Shown here: one piece after another, positions 1-13,517 of the stretch
Layout: every line of letters starts with the position of its first letter
Numbering within the stretch: the stretch's first letter is position 1
Assembly: GCF_001194135.2 (NCBI RefSeq)
Contig: NC_068989.1
Span: forward strand, 652,057-716,056
DNA from: Octopus bimaculoides
Lineage: Eukaryota
DNA: 64,000 bases
Direction of reading: 5' to 3'
Made by a program: the position numbers and the translations under genes
Notes under the pieces: model-generated
Told to the model about the DNA's origin: nothing
Database searches by the model: none
Seen by the model: only the letters and a program-made list of their open reading frames with translations

Positions 1-265
1 GCGCATCATCAACCACGGCATGCCCAGCCCTCCTTTCAGCGGGTGTTGGCAACAAACGGATCGCCTCACCATCGGAACGCTTCCTTTCCACAAAAAGCGG
101 AAGAGGATGCGCTCCATTTCGGTGATGGCGCGATCGGGACAAGGCACGACGGTCAGGCGGTATTCGATGACGGACGCGATGTACGCGTTCGCCACCTCCG
201 CCCGACCTTTTAGGGACAGCTTCCTCTCGGACCATTGCCGGCAGAGAGTGGCCACCCTACTCGTT
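1..265 (-). mobile_element. Tx1/L1-clade LINE fragment (post-RT region), runs off the window start
   Basis: Open minus frame SRVATLCRQWSERKLSLKGRAEVANAYIASVIEYRLTVVPCPDRAITEMERILFRFLWKGSVPMVRRSVCCQHPLKGGLGMPWLMMR, with the WxxRxLSxxGR, FLWxG and GGLG motifs of L1/Tx1 ORF2. GC content is well above the flanks. Confidence 0.88.

Positions 266-329
<64 letters not shown>
266..329. repeat. (AGAT)n microsatellite
   Basis: Direct tandem repeat abutting the Tx1 fragment. Confidence 0.97.
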
Positions 330-330
<1 letters not shown>

Positions 331-2119
331 CCTATCCATATATATTCAATACATACATAAATACTAAAATGCATAAATATAAAAGAGGGGAGGGGCTGAA
401 ACGTTCCTGGTTTTGATTGAAAGAAAATGGAGGAGGATCAGTTAACTATGGTTATATTCATCATGTTTCCCTCTCAGGTTGTGAGGCTTTACTCACAAGG
501 CAAGACACTTGCTCTGTCTGGGAGTGATGCTTCCTGAGAAACTTTTCCCATCCGTGCCCCATCGTCAGACAATGACATCAAATAAAGAGAAGTGTGATGA
601 GAATCAGTGAGTCAAGTGAAAACGGCGAAATACTGGTGTGGATGCATATAGGAGAATGTAGTTCGTTTGAGGCAGACAATGACCAAGAAATAGTGTTAAA
701 CCATGCTATGTGTTGGGATCACCACCTCGAACAAACTGCGTTTCGGTGGACAAGCGAGAGACAAAAATACACAATACATATAACAGATTAGATTCATGTA
801 TTTGAAACTATGACTTCGCTTTGTCACATTAATATGTCTGGTGTGTTATGGTGCATGCGTGCGTATGTCTGTCTCTGTCTGTCTGTGATGCATGTGTGTA
901 TACATGCGTGTCCGTGTGAGATAGATCATTTGACTATTGCTATTAGATACTCGGCTTATGAAACATTTGAAAGACTCGGTGCGGAATATCTGTCTCGAAA
1001 TAAAGAAACGAAACGTGTTACCTTCTGAAACCAAAAGAGAAATTCTAAAGAGATAAATAGTTTATGATTTTGTTCTGAAAAACCTCTAACAGCAATCCAA
1101 ATTTTAGTCATTACCGGAATTATTAAATAAGATTGGAGAATTATCACTGAAGAAAAAGAAACAAATAAAATCAAAGTTATTGGACGTTTACGATAAAGTC
1201 TTTTTATATCTAATTTGGACTGTATCGGTGTGGGTTGGCCAGTTTATCACAGTATTCTGTTACAGTGAGTGGGAAAGGCTGTATTAATATATAATCACTA
1301 ATTAATGTAGCAAGTGTTAAAAAGACTTCTTATGGTGATGAATTCATAGGCCAACGTTATCAGTGGTGTTTGTTTTCGTTTATCAATTCAATTTTTGCTG
1401 TAAGAAAGAGAAAAAAAACTTCTCGTAATATAAGCAAATCTTTCTCGTCATTCAAAGAATCTATCTATAAATGTAACTAACAATAACTGGTTGTCTCTTT
1501 TATGACACATTCTTGTGAAATTCGTGCCGATGATGTAGTCAGAAAATGTTGGAATATTTTCCCGAAATAGTTCTGCTTCTATTTACTGCATGCTCTTTAT
1601 TAATATCTAAAATGAGCTCAGTGATTAAGAATACAGAAAATGTTGATTGGAGACGAATTATGCAGTTTTATTTATTCTCGTTTATTTTCATACACTGCTG
1701 TTTATAGGAAGATGTCGTTGTATCTTGGAGCTTATCACAGTTTTCGAAAATGTTTAGCGGTTAAAGAAGAAATTCTACTCCTGGACTGGACATAGTTTAT
1801 CACAGAAAGGGATTTTTTGTTTGTTTGTTTTTGCTTCTTTTTTTTGTTTTTCCTTTTATTTTTTCAAAGGTAAACATTTGATCTCAGCGCTTCAAGAAAA
1901 CGAGTCATAAAATGTAGAGTAAATCCACGAGTTTTCAAAATGGTGAAACTTTTCAAGTCACCCGTTATTCGTGGTTGTCTACAAGGCTTTCCTCCAGCCT
2001 CATTGAGGGACCCAAGCATTGTCTAATGGGCGGCGCTTGATACTGTGCACTCGCTGAACTACCATCCCGTCCACTCAGTCACAGATACAAAGATATCTAA
2101 AAGTTGGATTCTTTCGACA

Positions 2120-2280
2120 TGGTGGATCCAGGATGGCAAGATGGTCAATCGGCAGAGTCATTAGAATGTCAGTTTGGTCAGTGTTGATCGTTCCAGCCCT
2201 TTATGCTCTGAGTTCAAATGCCACCGAGATCAACTTTGCCTTTCATTTTGGGGTCGATAAATAAAATACCATTCCAGTAT
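2120..2280 (+). mobile_element. SINE family A fragment (ctgagttcaaat...gtcaactttgccttt...gtcgataaataa)
   Basis: Same motif string recurs at about 55210-55420 (+), 23188-23330 (-) and 2900-3010 (-). Confidence 0.65.
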
Positions 2281-2290
2281 TGAAGTCCAT

Positions 2291-2338
<48 letters not shown>

Positions 2339-2639
2339 CTCTCTCTCGCTCTCCTTCCCTCTCTATTCCTCTATTCCCTCTTCTCCCTGTCTCTCTTCCC
2401 CTCTCGCCACCCTCTCTGTTTATAGAAAGTGGTCAGATCTAAAGAGGAATGGGTTCTGCCAGGTCTCAAAACGGTCTCTTCGGCTCCATCAAAGAGTTAA
2501 GGACTCGTGGCATGGTTTGACATCCAGAATGGTATTATCTAATGTATGATACTCTTTCTAAGACACTAAAGTGTTGTTGAAAGATTTAGCTTCTCTTTCT
2601 AACGTTTAATAGAGTAAATACAGAGAGATGAAGAGATTG

Positions 2640-2860
2640 TGAAAGACTAAGATGACAATTACTCCTGAGCTAAATTGATGCAGTTGGCACAAAACCCAAA
2701 ATTCTACCAAGGAGACTGACATATGTTGGAATTGAGAGTTGTGTTATTGACCCGCAGAAAAGTGCTATCCTGTCTTTTGCAAGAATCCTAAGAGATATTC
2801 CTGAGATTAGAAGAGATTTGTTGTCTCCAAACCTCAGAATAACATCCCTGAAAACTCAAG
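2640..2860 (+). mobile_element. Degenerate 3' end of an RLE-type (R4/Dong-like) LINE
   Basis: Interrupted translation IDAVGTKPKILPRRLTYVGIESCVIDPQKSAILSFARILR resembles the IGALGxxP...LQKSAxLxxARILR terminus of RLE LINEs. Confidence 0.5.
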
Positions 2861-3083
2861 TAGATTGTAATAACTTTCTAATAATAATGATTTTTGGTTT
2901 AATCAAAAGACCAGCAATTCGATCCCAGTACTTGATTGGTACCTAACCATATTACCATCGGAGGGTTGAAAGACAAAGTTGACCTAGTCAGAATTTGAAC
3001 TCAGAATTCAGAACTTAAAGAGATAAAAAGAAATACTACAAGGCAGTTTCCTAACGCTCAAATGGTTCTGCCATGCCACCGCC

Positions 3084-3084
<1 letters not shown>

Positions 3085-3160
<76 letters not shown>

Positions 3161-3548
3161 AAGAAGAAGAAGAAGAAGAAGAAGAAGAAGAAGAAGAAGA
3201 AGAAGAAGAAGAAGAAGAAGAAGANNNNNNNNNNNNNNNNNNNNNNNNNNNNNNNNNNNNNNNNNNNNNNNNNNNNNNNNNNNNNNNNNNNNNNNNNNNN
3301 NNNNNNNNNNNNNNNNNNNNNNNNNNNNNNNNNNNNNNNNNNNNNNNNNNNNNNNNNNNNNNNNNNNNNNNNNNNNNNNNNNNNNNNNNNNNNNNNNNNN
3401 NNNNNNNNNNNNNNNNNNNNNNNNNNNNNNNNNNNNNNNNNNNNNNNNNNNNNNNNNNNNNNNNNNNNNNNNNNNNNNNNNNNNNNNNNNNNNNNNNNNN
3501 NNNNNNNNNNNNNNNNNNNNNNNNNNNNNNNNNNNNNNNNNNNNNNNN

Positions 3549-3632
<84 letters not shown>
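3085..3632. repeat. Compound (AAT)n(AAG)n microsatellite spanning assembly gap 3225-3548
   Basis: Direct reading; source of the poly-L/N/K/Y ORFs. Confidence 0.97.
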
Positions 3633-4815
3633 CCAATGCCTGCCATAAATGACACCCTGAGGATTTCTCACAAAGCAGTAAGAACAATTTATCAGAAGTG
3701 GATCTAGTTTGGAATAATTTTTACCAGTAGAGTCACTCCTAACTAAGACCATTATCAGGTATCAATATTCGCCGATATGACATATTTTGACACTTTTTTT
3801 ATAACGTCATTTTTCTTTGTTTAGATTGAACTCTGAAATTTCCCAGACACTACCCATAATCTTAAGCCGCTTAACAAGTCCCGATGGTATTGAATAGAAA
3901 AAGATACGACCTACATTTATGTATCCGCTCCTCGTATGAACGCGTTTCCCGACAGCCATTGCATAGAGTCTTTCGCGTTGGAATTAGTGGAATGTTAAAT
4001 TCTTCTCGTCCTTTGTAGTAAATATCTTATATGAAGCTATTTCTTTCTGGGTGTTGTTGACAAGCAATTCCCACAGGTTAAATAAACGTTATCCATTTTC
4101 AAGACACATCTCTGCTATCATTTTGTTTCTGTTTTGAATAATATTTATTAAAAAAATATGCTATAGTGTTAAGAGATATTTTGAAACGCCTTTTTCTGTC
4201 TCTTCCGTCTCTTCTTTACCCCAACTTTTCTTCTTTCTCCACTAGTTCTTTCCATCTTCTGAAGTTGCCCAAAATTAGCAACAAAACAAAACAAAACGCA
4301 GCATTGAATTCAGTAATTATAATAAATCTGTTAAAGCTATCTTTTGACACAGATGATAGTCATTACGAATAGCATACAACATCAACATCTTTCAAATATC
4401 GTTTTAATAACGGAAGGTTCGCTATATCAAATCCTACCAGCAGCTCTGTGGTATGTCCCTCACAAAGGCGCTTCAATTTCAATGTTCACTAATCCATCAA
4501 GGTGTCATAGAAGAAAACGGACAACTTGCTGTAATCTTTGATGTGAGAGAATCAGAAGATTGACGAATGTTTCTTCTATTTAAGCCCCTTCCCCACATAA
4601 CCCGACTCTGTGGATAAACAGACATTCAAGTTACGTGGCTATTTTTCTGTAACGGCAGAATATACTTCGATTTGGTTCAGAGAGGAACAAAAGCCTGTAT
4701 GAAAAATTCCAAACACAAAATATTTATTATCGTTGACCAAAATGTATTGAAATTGCAACGAATCACGGAGAAAATATATTTAAGCCAAGTGAAGCAATTT
4801 AGCAGTTTGTGTGAG

Positions 4816-4886
<71 letters not shown>

Positions 4887-4893
4887 CGCGCGC
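4816..4893. repeat. (GT)n(GC)n microsatellite
   Basis: Direct reading. Confidence 0.97.
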
Positions 4894-6305
4894 CAGCAAT
4901 GATAGCAGACTGTAGCAGTCGCTGAATTGTGTAGCCGAAGTTGAGTTCCATACGTTCGTGTGGCTATCGGTCTTGATTAGGCTGCAACAACGGTCATCAT
5001 CGTTGCTCAGCCGAAATTGAGAGGTTTAAATTCGTGCATCTAGCCAGCTTAAGTTGTGTCATGACCACTGCCATTTACCAGGCAAACACCCCATATATAC
5101 ATAATGGATGGGAAAGAAAAGGGGTTAAAAACAAAATTGTTAATGACATCCTATTTCTACCAGACATTTGATTGATCAGTTGTTTGCTGACGTCATCAAC
5201 CTTTGATAGAATCCTATTCGTGTTGCTTAGTTGTCTAGAAATCTGAACACAGTAATTCGAGCTCTATTCCTTGGCAGTGAGTTGATATTTGGGATCCTGC
5301 TAAATATTCGTGAAATATTTATTTCAATTTCTTTCAATATAGTTAAGCACTCCTGCACTGCAACATTTTCGCTCAAGATGGAAGACAAATGAATGTCTAT
5401 TAAACATGAATCAAGATATGAATTCCTATTTCTTCATAGGTAATATATTGATCTCTTAGAGAAGGTATTTGAGATAATATCTCCTCTATCACAATCTAGT
5501 GTATTATTTGGCACGACTGAAGACCTCGTCATCATATACTGATTCGAGAGTGTATTTCTGTCGCTTCTTCAAGATCATGGACGAATATCTTTTCACTGCA
5601 ATCTAACTTTAATCTTCATCAACTGCACAGCGCTTCACTACAATTTTCGTGTGTACTTTCACATGGAGGGATTTTTTTACGGTGAAATAGATCTGTCCTG
5701 TAATAGTTAAGCGCCTTTATCGAAAAAGCAATTAAGTAAGAGGGATATAATGTGGTGCGTTTGGCTGATTAGGCAGTACACTATCCCCACAATCAGATAT
5801 AAACCTTATCTCTCTACTCTTGCCACTATAAATACAGAGTTGTAGCTGACAGAATCTAATGGTCGAGGAGTCATTGTCCGTACAACGTCACCGGCACAAT
5901 GCAGTGTCCAAGGCCAACATACTTGATTTTCTTTTGAGCCAAGTCTACCTGGGTAGCAATATATAGCATGAATGTGAAGAGTTTACTGCATCAAAGATTG
6001 AAAATACTGTATAATGTAACAGAGTTTCATTAGCTTGTGATATTAAGATGTTGGCCGTACAGAGACCTAGCTGGAGATTAAACAGCCTGAGTGGGGTGGG
6101 GGACTTGCTGCTCTTCGTTCCTACGAAAAATGCAGCATAACATACGTCAAAATGCCGCCTGGAGCAAACCACCATTTTGGACTTTCTTTAGTTAAGATAA
6201 TGTGACCGTGACAGAAACGTTTACACCACAAAACATTTTTATATAACGCATGTAAGCACAATGAAAAACTCATACATAGATACGTAAATTGAGAGAGGGG
6301 GGGAG

Positions 6306-6379
6306 AGAAGAAGAAGAAGAAGAAGAAGAAGAAGAAGAAGAAGAAGAAGAAGAAGAAGAAGAAGAAGAAGAAGAAGAAG

Positions 6380-6409
<30 letters not shown>
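6306..6409. repeat. (AAG)n microsatellite
   Basis: Direct reading. Confidence 0.97.
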
Positions 6410-6410
<1 letters not shown>

Positions 6411-6726
6411 TGTTTAAAGTTTACAGCTTCCTCATGGGAGAATTTTAAAAATCCAAACAACTTTCTTGTCAACAACACATCATGACAGCCATTGGTAACA
6501 ACAACAACAACAACAACAACAACAATTACAGCGTTTGTAGGATAAAGACGGTTCTGTTATGGTTTTGTTTCATGATTCTCAAGATAATAACCGTATGTTG
6601 TATATCCGGAAGTCAGCGCAGAAGGGATAGAAAGTTATTCTAAAAAAGAATATGTCATTATATTAGGAAGGGTAGAGATGCAACCGCTATTTGGGACATA
6701 CATGTGTCCACACATTCAAAGACAAG

Positions 6727-6970
6727 CGCGCGCGCGCACTCACACACACACACATACATACATACATACATACATACAGACATACAGACACACACATACG
6801 CACGCACGCACGCACACACACATACATACACACACACACACATACATACACACACACATACACACATACATACACACACACACACATACATACACGCACG
6901 CACACACACATACATACACACACACACACACACATACATACATACATACATACATACATACATACATACA
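6727..6970. repeat. Compound (CA)n/(TACA)n/(CACG)n microsatellite
   Basis: Direct reading; explains the HT/VC-rich ORFs. Confidence 0.95.
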
Positions 6971-8084
6971 TCTTCTTTGCACTATTTATGAAACAACTAC
7001 CAAGATGGAAAAAGCTAAAACATCTTTTATCAAAATCCCACTTCTCGCCACAGATTGCAGACATGTTCCTCTCCGATAGCAACGCCCTTTGACCAAAACC
7101 TGCCGATAAGAATTCTTAATATAATAACGGGGCATCCTTCTCTCAGACACGACTCACTTTATATCTAAACATGTCTTGTGTTCTTCACTATTTTCACATT
7201 GCTATCATTTCCTGTTTTCTTCTTTCTTATCCAAAATTATACAATTTTCTCACCCTCCACCAAATAAATATTCTCTTCAACTAAGAAAATAGGTTTTTGT
7301 GTTTGGTTGTTTGTTTGTTTGCTTGTTTGTTTGTTTGGGTTGTTTGAATTCTTATTTTTATTTATTTATTTATTGTCACTATAAAATAAAATAAAAAAGA
7401 TCTTACAGTGTTTTCTTTTTATTACTCTTTATTTTCTATGTTTTAGCTTGGGAGATGAGAAAGTGTAATGTCCATAATATTTCCAGTTGAGCCTTCGGGC
7501 AAATGAGGGATACGAAAGAGTATGAGAAAAGAAAAATCTAATGAAGAGATGCTCCAAGCTTTGAGCATAAAAAAAAAAAGGTAAGTAAAAACGATTCAGT
7601 GAAGGGAACGAAAGTATTTAAACTCAAAGCAATGATACAAATATACAAACTTTGGAGACATATTTATGTTGATTATGACCGTCGAGACAGGTTGGACACT
7701 CGTGATCCACTGTAAATAAAAAGATAAATTATTTTTTACGTAAAATCTCAGACGAGGCTAATATTCTAACAAAGCTGAAACAATTAGCAAATAGCATGGC
7801 CGGTCATTAAACAGAAGTATAGGTGCACTCAAAAAATAATTCAACAGACATCTTAAGCTATTCCCAGGTAAATTTTGTAACAAATATTTACAGAAGACTA
7901 TCTGTTGGAGAACCTTTAATATTCCGAGCAAGTTCTCCAATAAAATATAGTTCAAGTGTCTTGTTGAAACGTTTAAATATCGTTGTGATAAAAAAACTGA
8001 AAGAATAATCCTTGTGGTTTCTGTTTGTATGAAACTCAGAGCTCTCTGCATTTAACAAGACCATATCTCACAATGTTTTTGCAG

Positions 8085-8940
8085 TATCCGTGCTAGTACC
8101 AACATTTGGGGTATTGGACTGGACACTCGATGAGATATGCAACCTGGACATCAAAACCAGAAGAGTACTAGCACCCACTGGCAATTTCCACATGTGGAAG
8201 ATATCAGCCACATCCTCAGCAGCTGCCCCAAAATGTCTACGAGGTACTACCTGTGCCTGAGGCATGACATAGTTGCAAAGACTATTTACAATGCTATCCG
8301 CAGGAAGGACTGCCCTGACCGTGACGTATACAGCAAAGGCATGTCAGAACCAGCAGGTATTCACACCTTTAAAAACAAGTATTCCTTGTTGATCACCCCA
8401 ATAAAAACACCAATTTCATGCAAATATAACACACCTGATATTCTTCTGCAGGACAGGGAACAAAAGTCATGCAGTGTTGTAGAAGTCAGCTGCCCAGAGG
8501 ATGTGAATGTACAATCGAAAGTCCAGGTAAAGAGTATATTTATGGTGAATTGATGCGGAACTTACAGCACTTGTACTCTGACTATGAATTCTCATTTCTA
8601 CCTATCATCATAGATGTATTAGGTTATGTACCCACAAATTTGCACAAAAAACTAGAAATACTCGAATTCACGGAGAAAGAGCAAAATAGACTGATGTGGA
8701 TTCTCCAAATCCAATCTGTTAGTGACACAGGGAAAATTTGTAAGACATTCCAAAAATTCTCCATCTGAGATTCTTATGTGAATAGATACACACATTTGGG
8801 TGTATGCCTCGACATTTCAACCAACACACCAACTCAATCACATATTTACAAACGGCGAGAACTCTCTTAACTCTCCTAAGTTTTGTCGTTTTGTTAGCGA
8901 CCGGCTTGAACCCTCTGGAGAAGAACTTCAATAAATCGCA
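8085..8940 (+). mobile_element. R4/Dong-like RLE LINE 3' remnant, internally deleted and frameshifted
   Basis: VLVPTFGVLDWTLDEICNLDIKTRRVLAPTGNFH (RT thumb) is joined directly to EDISHILSSC...YYLCLRHDIVAKTIY...PDILLQDREQKSCSVVEVSCPEDVN...FLPIIIDVLG...KICKTFQKF (zinc-knuckle tail and PD-(D/E)xK restriction-like endonuclease). Stop at 8766-8768; AATAAA near 8928. Confidence 0.85.
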
Positions 8941-10172
8941 AAGAAAAATCATGCATACACGCAAACAAAGACACACATTTATAACGCTATACTCACACAC
9001 AGATATATGCAACCACGTACGCATATTTATGCAATCCCTTTCAACGGCTTAAAGTAAGGATCTCTTGTATATAAATTTCTAGAGATAAAAAAATAAGATT
9101 ATGTTGTTTATGGTTTTCTAAAGAGTTTTAGCGAAGTTTCTATTGAAATTGGAAACTATTCGATAAACGATAAACTATTCTACCATATTAATATTGTTTT
9201 AAAAAAATCAATAACCTGAATGTACGACATAGTCTCTGTTCTACATTGAAAGTTTGTAATTAAATGGATCCTTACTGGTTATATTTCTCTATTCCTCTGG
9301 GTATTTTCGTTACTTCTGATTGTTGTAGTTCTAAGAACGCTAATTTCTATACGCTCCACCGACTTTTAAATCAGACAATGTTGATGGGTTTTTTTTTATA
9401 TCAAGCAGACGGTTAAATTACGGTATAGAATTAATATTTTCGCTTTGTGGTTTCAGATAATGACATCGAATCGACTCTATCAAAGACATTCACTATTTCC
9501 AGTAAAGTTTGCTCCAAGCTTGCACCCAGTAGAGAAATGAAATGTGAAGTTAATATTGACAAATTTCATGCATAGAGCAATAATTAGTTAATCATAAATA
9601 ATTTTACTCCGCGGGAGAAATGACATTAGTCAATAACTAATATTATTTTCATGTTTGTAGCAAATGTGGGAAGATAATTACGAATAGGTTTCGGTCTTAT
9701 TCTCACTTCATCAGGGAAGTTTGTCTTTTGCCGTATTTGTTGAAATAATGATGAAACAACTGCAAACTAAATATACTAGATTATATAAATAGATTTATAA
9801 ATAACTTAACTGGCGTATATAGGCGATAATCTTTAAGAAATGGATTAGGGGTTGTTGGCAAAAACATCTTGCAGACAACTTTCAGAGATAAAAAAAAAAT
9901 ATTCTTCTTTTCGAGTTGGCGTAAAATTATGAGAGACTAAAACAGTATCTGGAGGGGTGGTGGATTGCAATAAATTTCATAAACAGCTCTAAACTAACAG
10001 ATTATATTAGAAAGTAGAGAAAATGAAAATTTTGCTAGTAAATTATATAAATGCATAGGAATCTATAAGGTGATAAACAAACACTCAACTATGAGTGCAT
10101 AAGTAAATGATGATCATTACATAATTTCTTGTTCCCTTGTCAGTTATTTTATCTCTTATTACTGCTCTGTAC

Positions 10173-10176
<4 letters not shown>

Positions 10177-10262
<86 letters not shown>

Positions 10263-10283
10263 ATACATATATATATATATATA
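10177..10283. repeat. (TA)n microsatellite
   Basis: Direct reading. Confidence 0.97.
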
Positions 10284-10289
10284 TAAAAC

Positions 10290-10770
10290 AAATAATAAAT
10301 GAGTATATGCATATATACGTACAGGTATGTGCATACCTACGTCTACCTGTATATATAGGTGCATATCTGGGTACAGGACATTGCAAACAAAACGTAGACA
10401 AGAAAATAATAATAACCAGAGTACAGAAAACACACAAGCCACATAGAGAACATTTTCCTTCATCAGCTACCCCCGTTTTAACACCGGCGTTTCGAAGAGA
10501 CACACACAAATGCATATAGGCCGGTTCTGATTCAGTTTGTTGATAATTGAATATGGTATTCATCAGGATTCTTACTTCGAGTCGTAAACATCCTTTCCCC
10601 TCCACTTCTCACCTAAATAGCAACGCACAGACCTTCCGTCTCTGCTACTGATAGATGTTGCTCTGGCTTCATTTGATGTTTTGAGTGTGGATAGGGTTTC
10701 TTGCAAATACTTCCAAATAGCCACATATTTTGCTTGTTTATGCAACGGATCTGAAAGAGATATTGTCACA
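10290..10770 (-). mobile_element. Probable Penelope-like element terminal remnant
   Basis: Minus strand carries CGAAACGCC...CTGATGAAGG, words typical of PLE pseudo-LTRs, followed by a T-rich tail running into (TA)n. No intact RT or GIY-YIG domain is visible; assignment is by pattern recognition. Confidence 0.4.
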
Positions 10771-10961
10771 ATTGTTGTTTCTTTCTTTCTTTTTACTGTT
10801 TCATTACGAGGTGATATTACACCAGCAACGACGCATGTCTCGTGTATGACCAGCCATTAATCTGGTAAAAAAGCCATCTAAAGTCGTGTTCTTACACCTG
10901 TCTTACAGTATCTTCCACATTTGCTCAACTTAAACACAAATCTTTTAACATTCTCTCTCCT

Positions 10962-10993
<32 letters not shown>

Positions 10994-11018
10994 GCTCTTC
11001 TCTCTCTTCTTCCTTCCT

Positions 11019-11051
<33 letters not shown>

Positions 11052-11990
11052 GCAATATTTGAGCCTCTTTTGACCCTCTCAAAGAACAGATGTCACCAAG
11101 TCTCTCACATATTCTCCACTGTTTCACGTTTTCCTTTTCTTCCTCTAACATGCTACTTCCTCCCCTGTTTCACAGAAATTTCTTAAACAATTCCTGTCTT
11201 CAAAATTCTACTCAAAATGGTTTGATCAAAATTGTTTGGTCAATTCAATGCTTTTCTTCCATCGTCATAACACAGCACCACAGGTAAGACGTCTGGGGAA
11301 TTTAATCGAACCCGGCACCACATCGTTACTAAGAGAATACCTTAACTTTACAGGTTTTACTTGGTCCGCTTTATGTATTCAAATACAAATTTCCTTCGTT
11401 TGATTTCTTCATTTTTGACCCTAATATATCACTGATACTTTTATGAGAATAGGTACTGAATCTATCGCAATTTAACACAATTGCACTGATGGCATTGGTT
11501 GGAAACGCTAAAAGTGAGCCTAACAGCGTTTGATCTCATAATTTAGACAAACGAAACTAAAAAATATACAGTCCGTGGTTAATTTGGGGTTTTCTCAAAA
11601 AAAAAACATCTTTACAGAAAATAATGTTTTTTTCTGATTTGGCAGGGCCACATTTTTGCGGAAATCAAATATCCTTGATTAATCCATTTTATATTCCTGG
11701 TTCGTATTAAAGCAATGTCAAACAAAATGTTCTGTGGCATAAATTTACGACCCTTCAAATACCGAAATCACTTTTAGGACTAATTTGTCTTCTATTCTGC
11801 TGGGGTTGATGAAATAATCCATCAGCCATTGGGTTTACTTTAATATTTGTACAATATGTGAACAAACGTACCTTTTTTTTTCTTTTTACTGTCAGTTCTT
11901 CGTCCATCTTAAATTCTCCTCCCGATACGGCTGATGATAGTCCCAAAATGCACACACACACGCACGCGCACGCGCACGCGCACGCACACA

Positions 11991-12028
<38 letters not shown>

Positions 12029-12677
12029 TACACACAACCAACAAGCTACGGAAGCAACGAGAATGGAAGAGGTTTCTGCATGGTTACTCGACCTTCCAGA
12101 AATAGTAGACAACTACCCACCAAAATAGTCTACGAAATTAAATACGGGATAAACTCTAGGTGATGGTATTGTATAAATCTTAAAAAGACGGGATGGTCAC
12201 GGCTGAAATGGTTTTGATCATCTGTTTAATNNNNNNNNNNNNNNNNNNNNNNNNNNNNNNNNNNNNNNNNNNNNNNNNNNNNNNNNNNNNNNNNNNNNNN
12301 NNNNNNNNNNNNNNNNNNNNNNNNNNNNNNNNNNNNNNNNNNNNNNNNNNNNNNNNNNNNNNNNNNNNNNNNNNNNNNNNNNNNNNNNNNNNNNNNNNNN
12401 NNNNNNNNNNNNNNNNNNNNNNNNNNNNNNNNNNNNNNNNNNNNNNNNNNNNNNNNNNNNNNNNNNNNNNNNNNNNNNNNNNNNNNNNNNNNNNNNNNNN
12501 NNNNNNNNNNNNNNNNNNNNNNNNNNNNNNNNNNNNNNNNNNNNNNNNNNNNNNNNNNNNNNNNNNNNNNNNNNNNNNNNNNNNNNNNNNNNNNNNNNNN
12601 NNNNNNNNNNNNNNNNNNNNNNNNNNNNNNNNNNNNNNNNNNNNNNNNNNNNNNNNNNNNNNNNNNNNNNNNNNNNN

Positions 12678-12735
<58 letters not shown>

Positions 12736-12807
12736 GGATGGATGGATAGATAGATGGATGGATGGATAGATAGACAGATAGATGGATGGATGGATAGATA
12801 GATAGAT

Positions 12808-12863
<56 letters not shown>

Positions 12864-12897
12864 GGATGGATGGATGGATAGATAGATAGATAGATAT
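12678..12897. repeat. (GATA)n/(GGAT)n microsatellite beside assembly gap 12231-12677
   Basis: Direct reading. Confidence 0.97.
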
Positions 12898-13517
12898 ACA
12901 GTGGGTGAGAGAGATGGCTGGATGGATGATAGCAAGTATAAGTGTACACATCCAAACAAACAAAGCAGAACCGCCAGTGATGGTAGAGATCGTTGTGTAG
13001 AACAGTGGAGTTATTATCTGCGTTTGGTGATGATGCCAGGGTATCAGCTCGGATAGAAATATTTCATCTGCCTATCATGAAAGCGAGCGAGCAGAAGGCA
13101 GTGACGGTGGTTGGTGACGACGGTTCGTGCAGACATTTGAAAATAGCTGCTTTAACTAGAACAATATATACGTGTGTGTGTGTGTGTATACATACATACA
13201 CACATGCGTACGCACACGCACACATACATATACATATACATATAGATGTGTATGTGTGTGTAAGAAGACCTTAATGGGGAAACGCTCTGGAATGTATGAA
13301 TGGGTACGTTATTTAGAGCTTCATTATGGAAATTGCTCATTCTTATGGATTTCATTTATTTGTTGTGCATTTTCCTTTTGGCTCATATTATGCAGGGCAA
13401 TAACAGTCGCCCTAGTATTTGCATTTTTATTTTTCAGGGGTTTGATTGTTTTCTGCTCTTATTTGCCCAAGTTCTGTCTGTGTGAGTCCGTTGTTTCACA
13501 TTTATGTCCCTTCGAGT

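Noticed and set aside
20-277. 85-aa plus-strand ORF
   Set aside because: Antisense shadow of the minus-strand Tx1 reading frame.
3008-3752. Long ORFs (poly-L/Y/N/K/I/S)
   Set aside because: Translations of (AAT)n/(AAG)n plus an N-gap.
5820-5970. TATAAATA followed by a short ATG ORF (MVEESLSV...)
   Set aside because: 35-codon ORF with no homology cue; TATA-like words are frequent in AT-rich DNA.
6658-7092. His/Thr- and Val/Cys-rich ORFs resembling metal-binding proteins
   Set aside because: Pure CA/TACA microsatellite. The same applies to the ORFs at 10.1, 11.9, 12.2-12.9, 25.4-25.9 and 39.8-40.0 kb.
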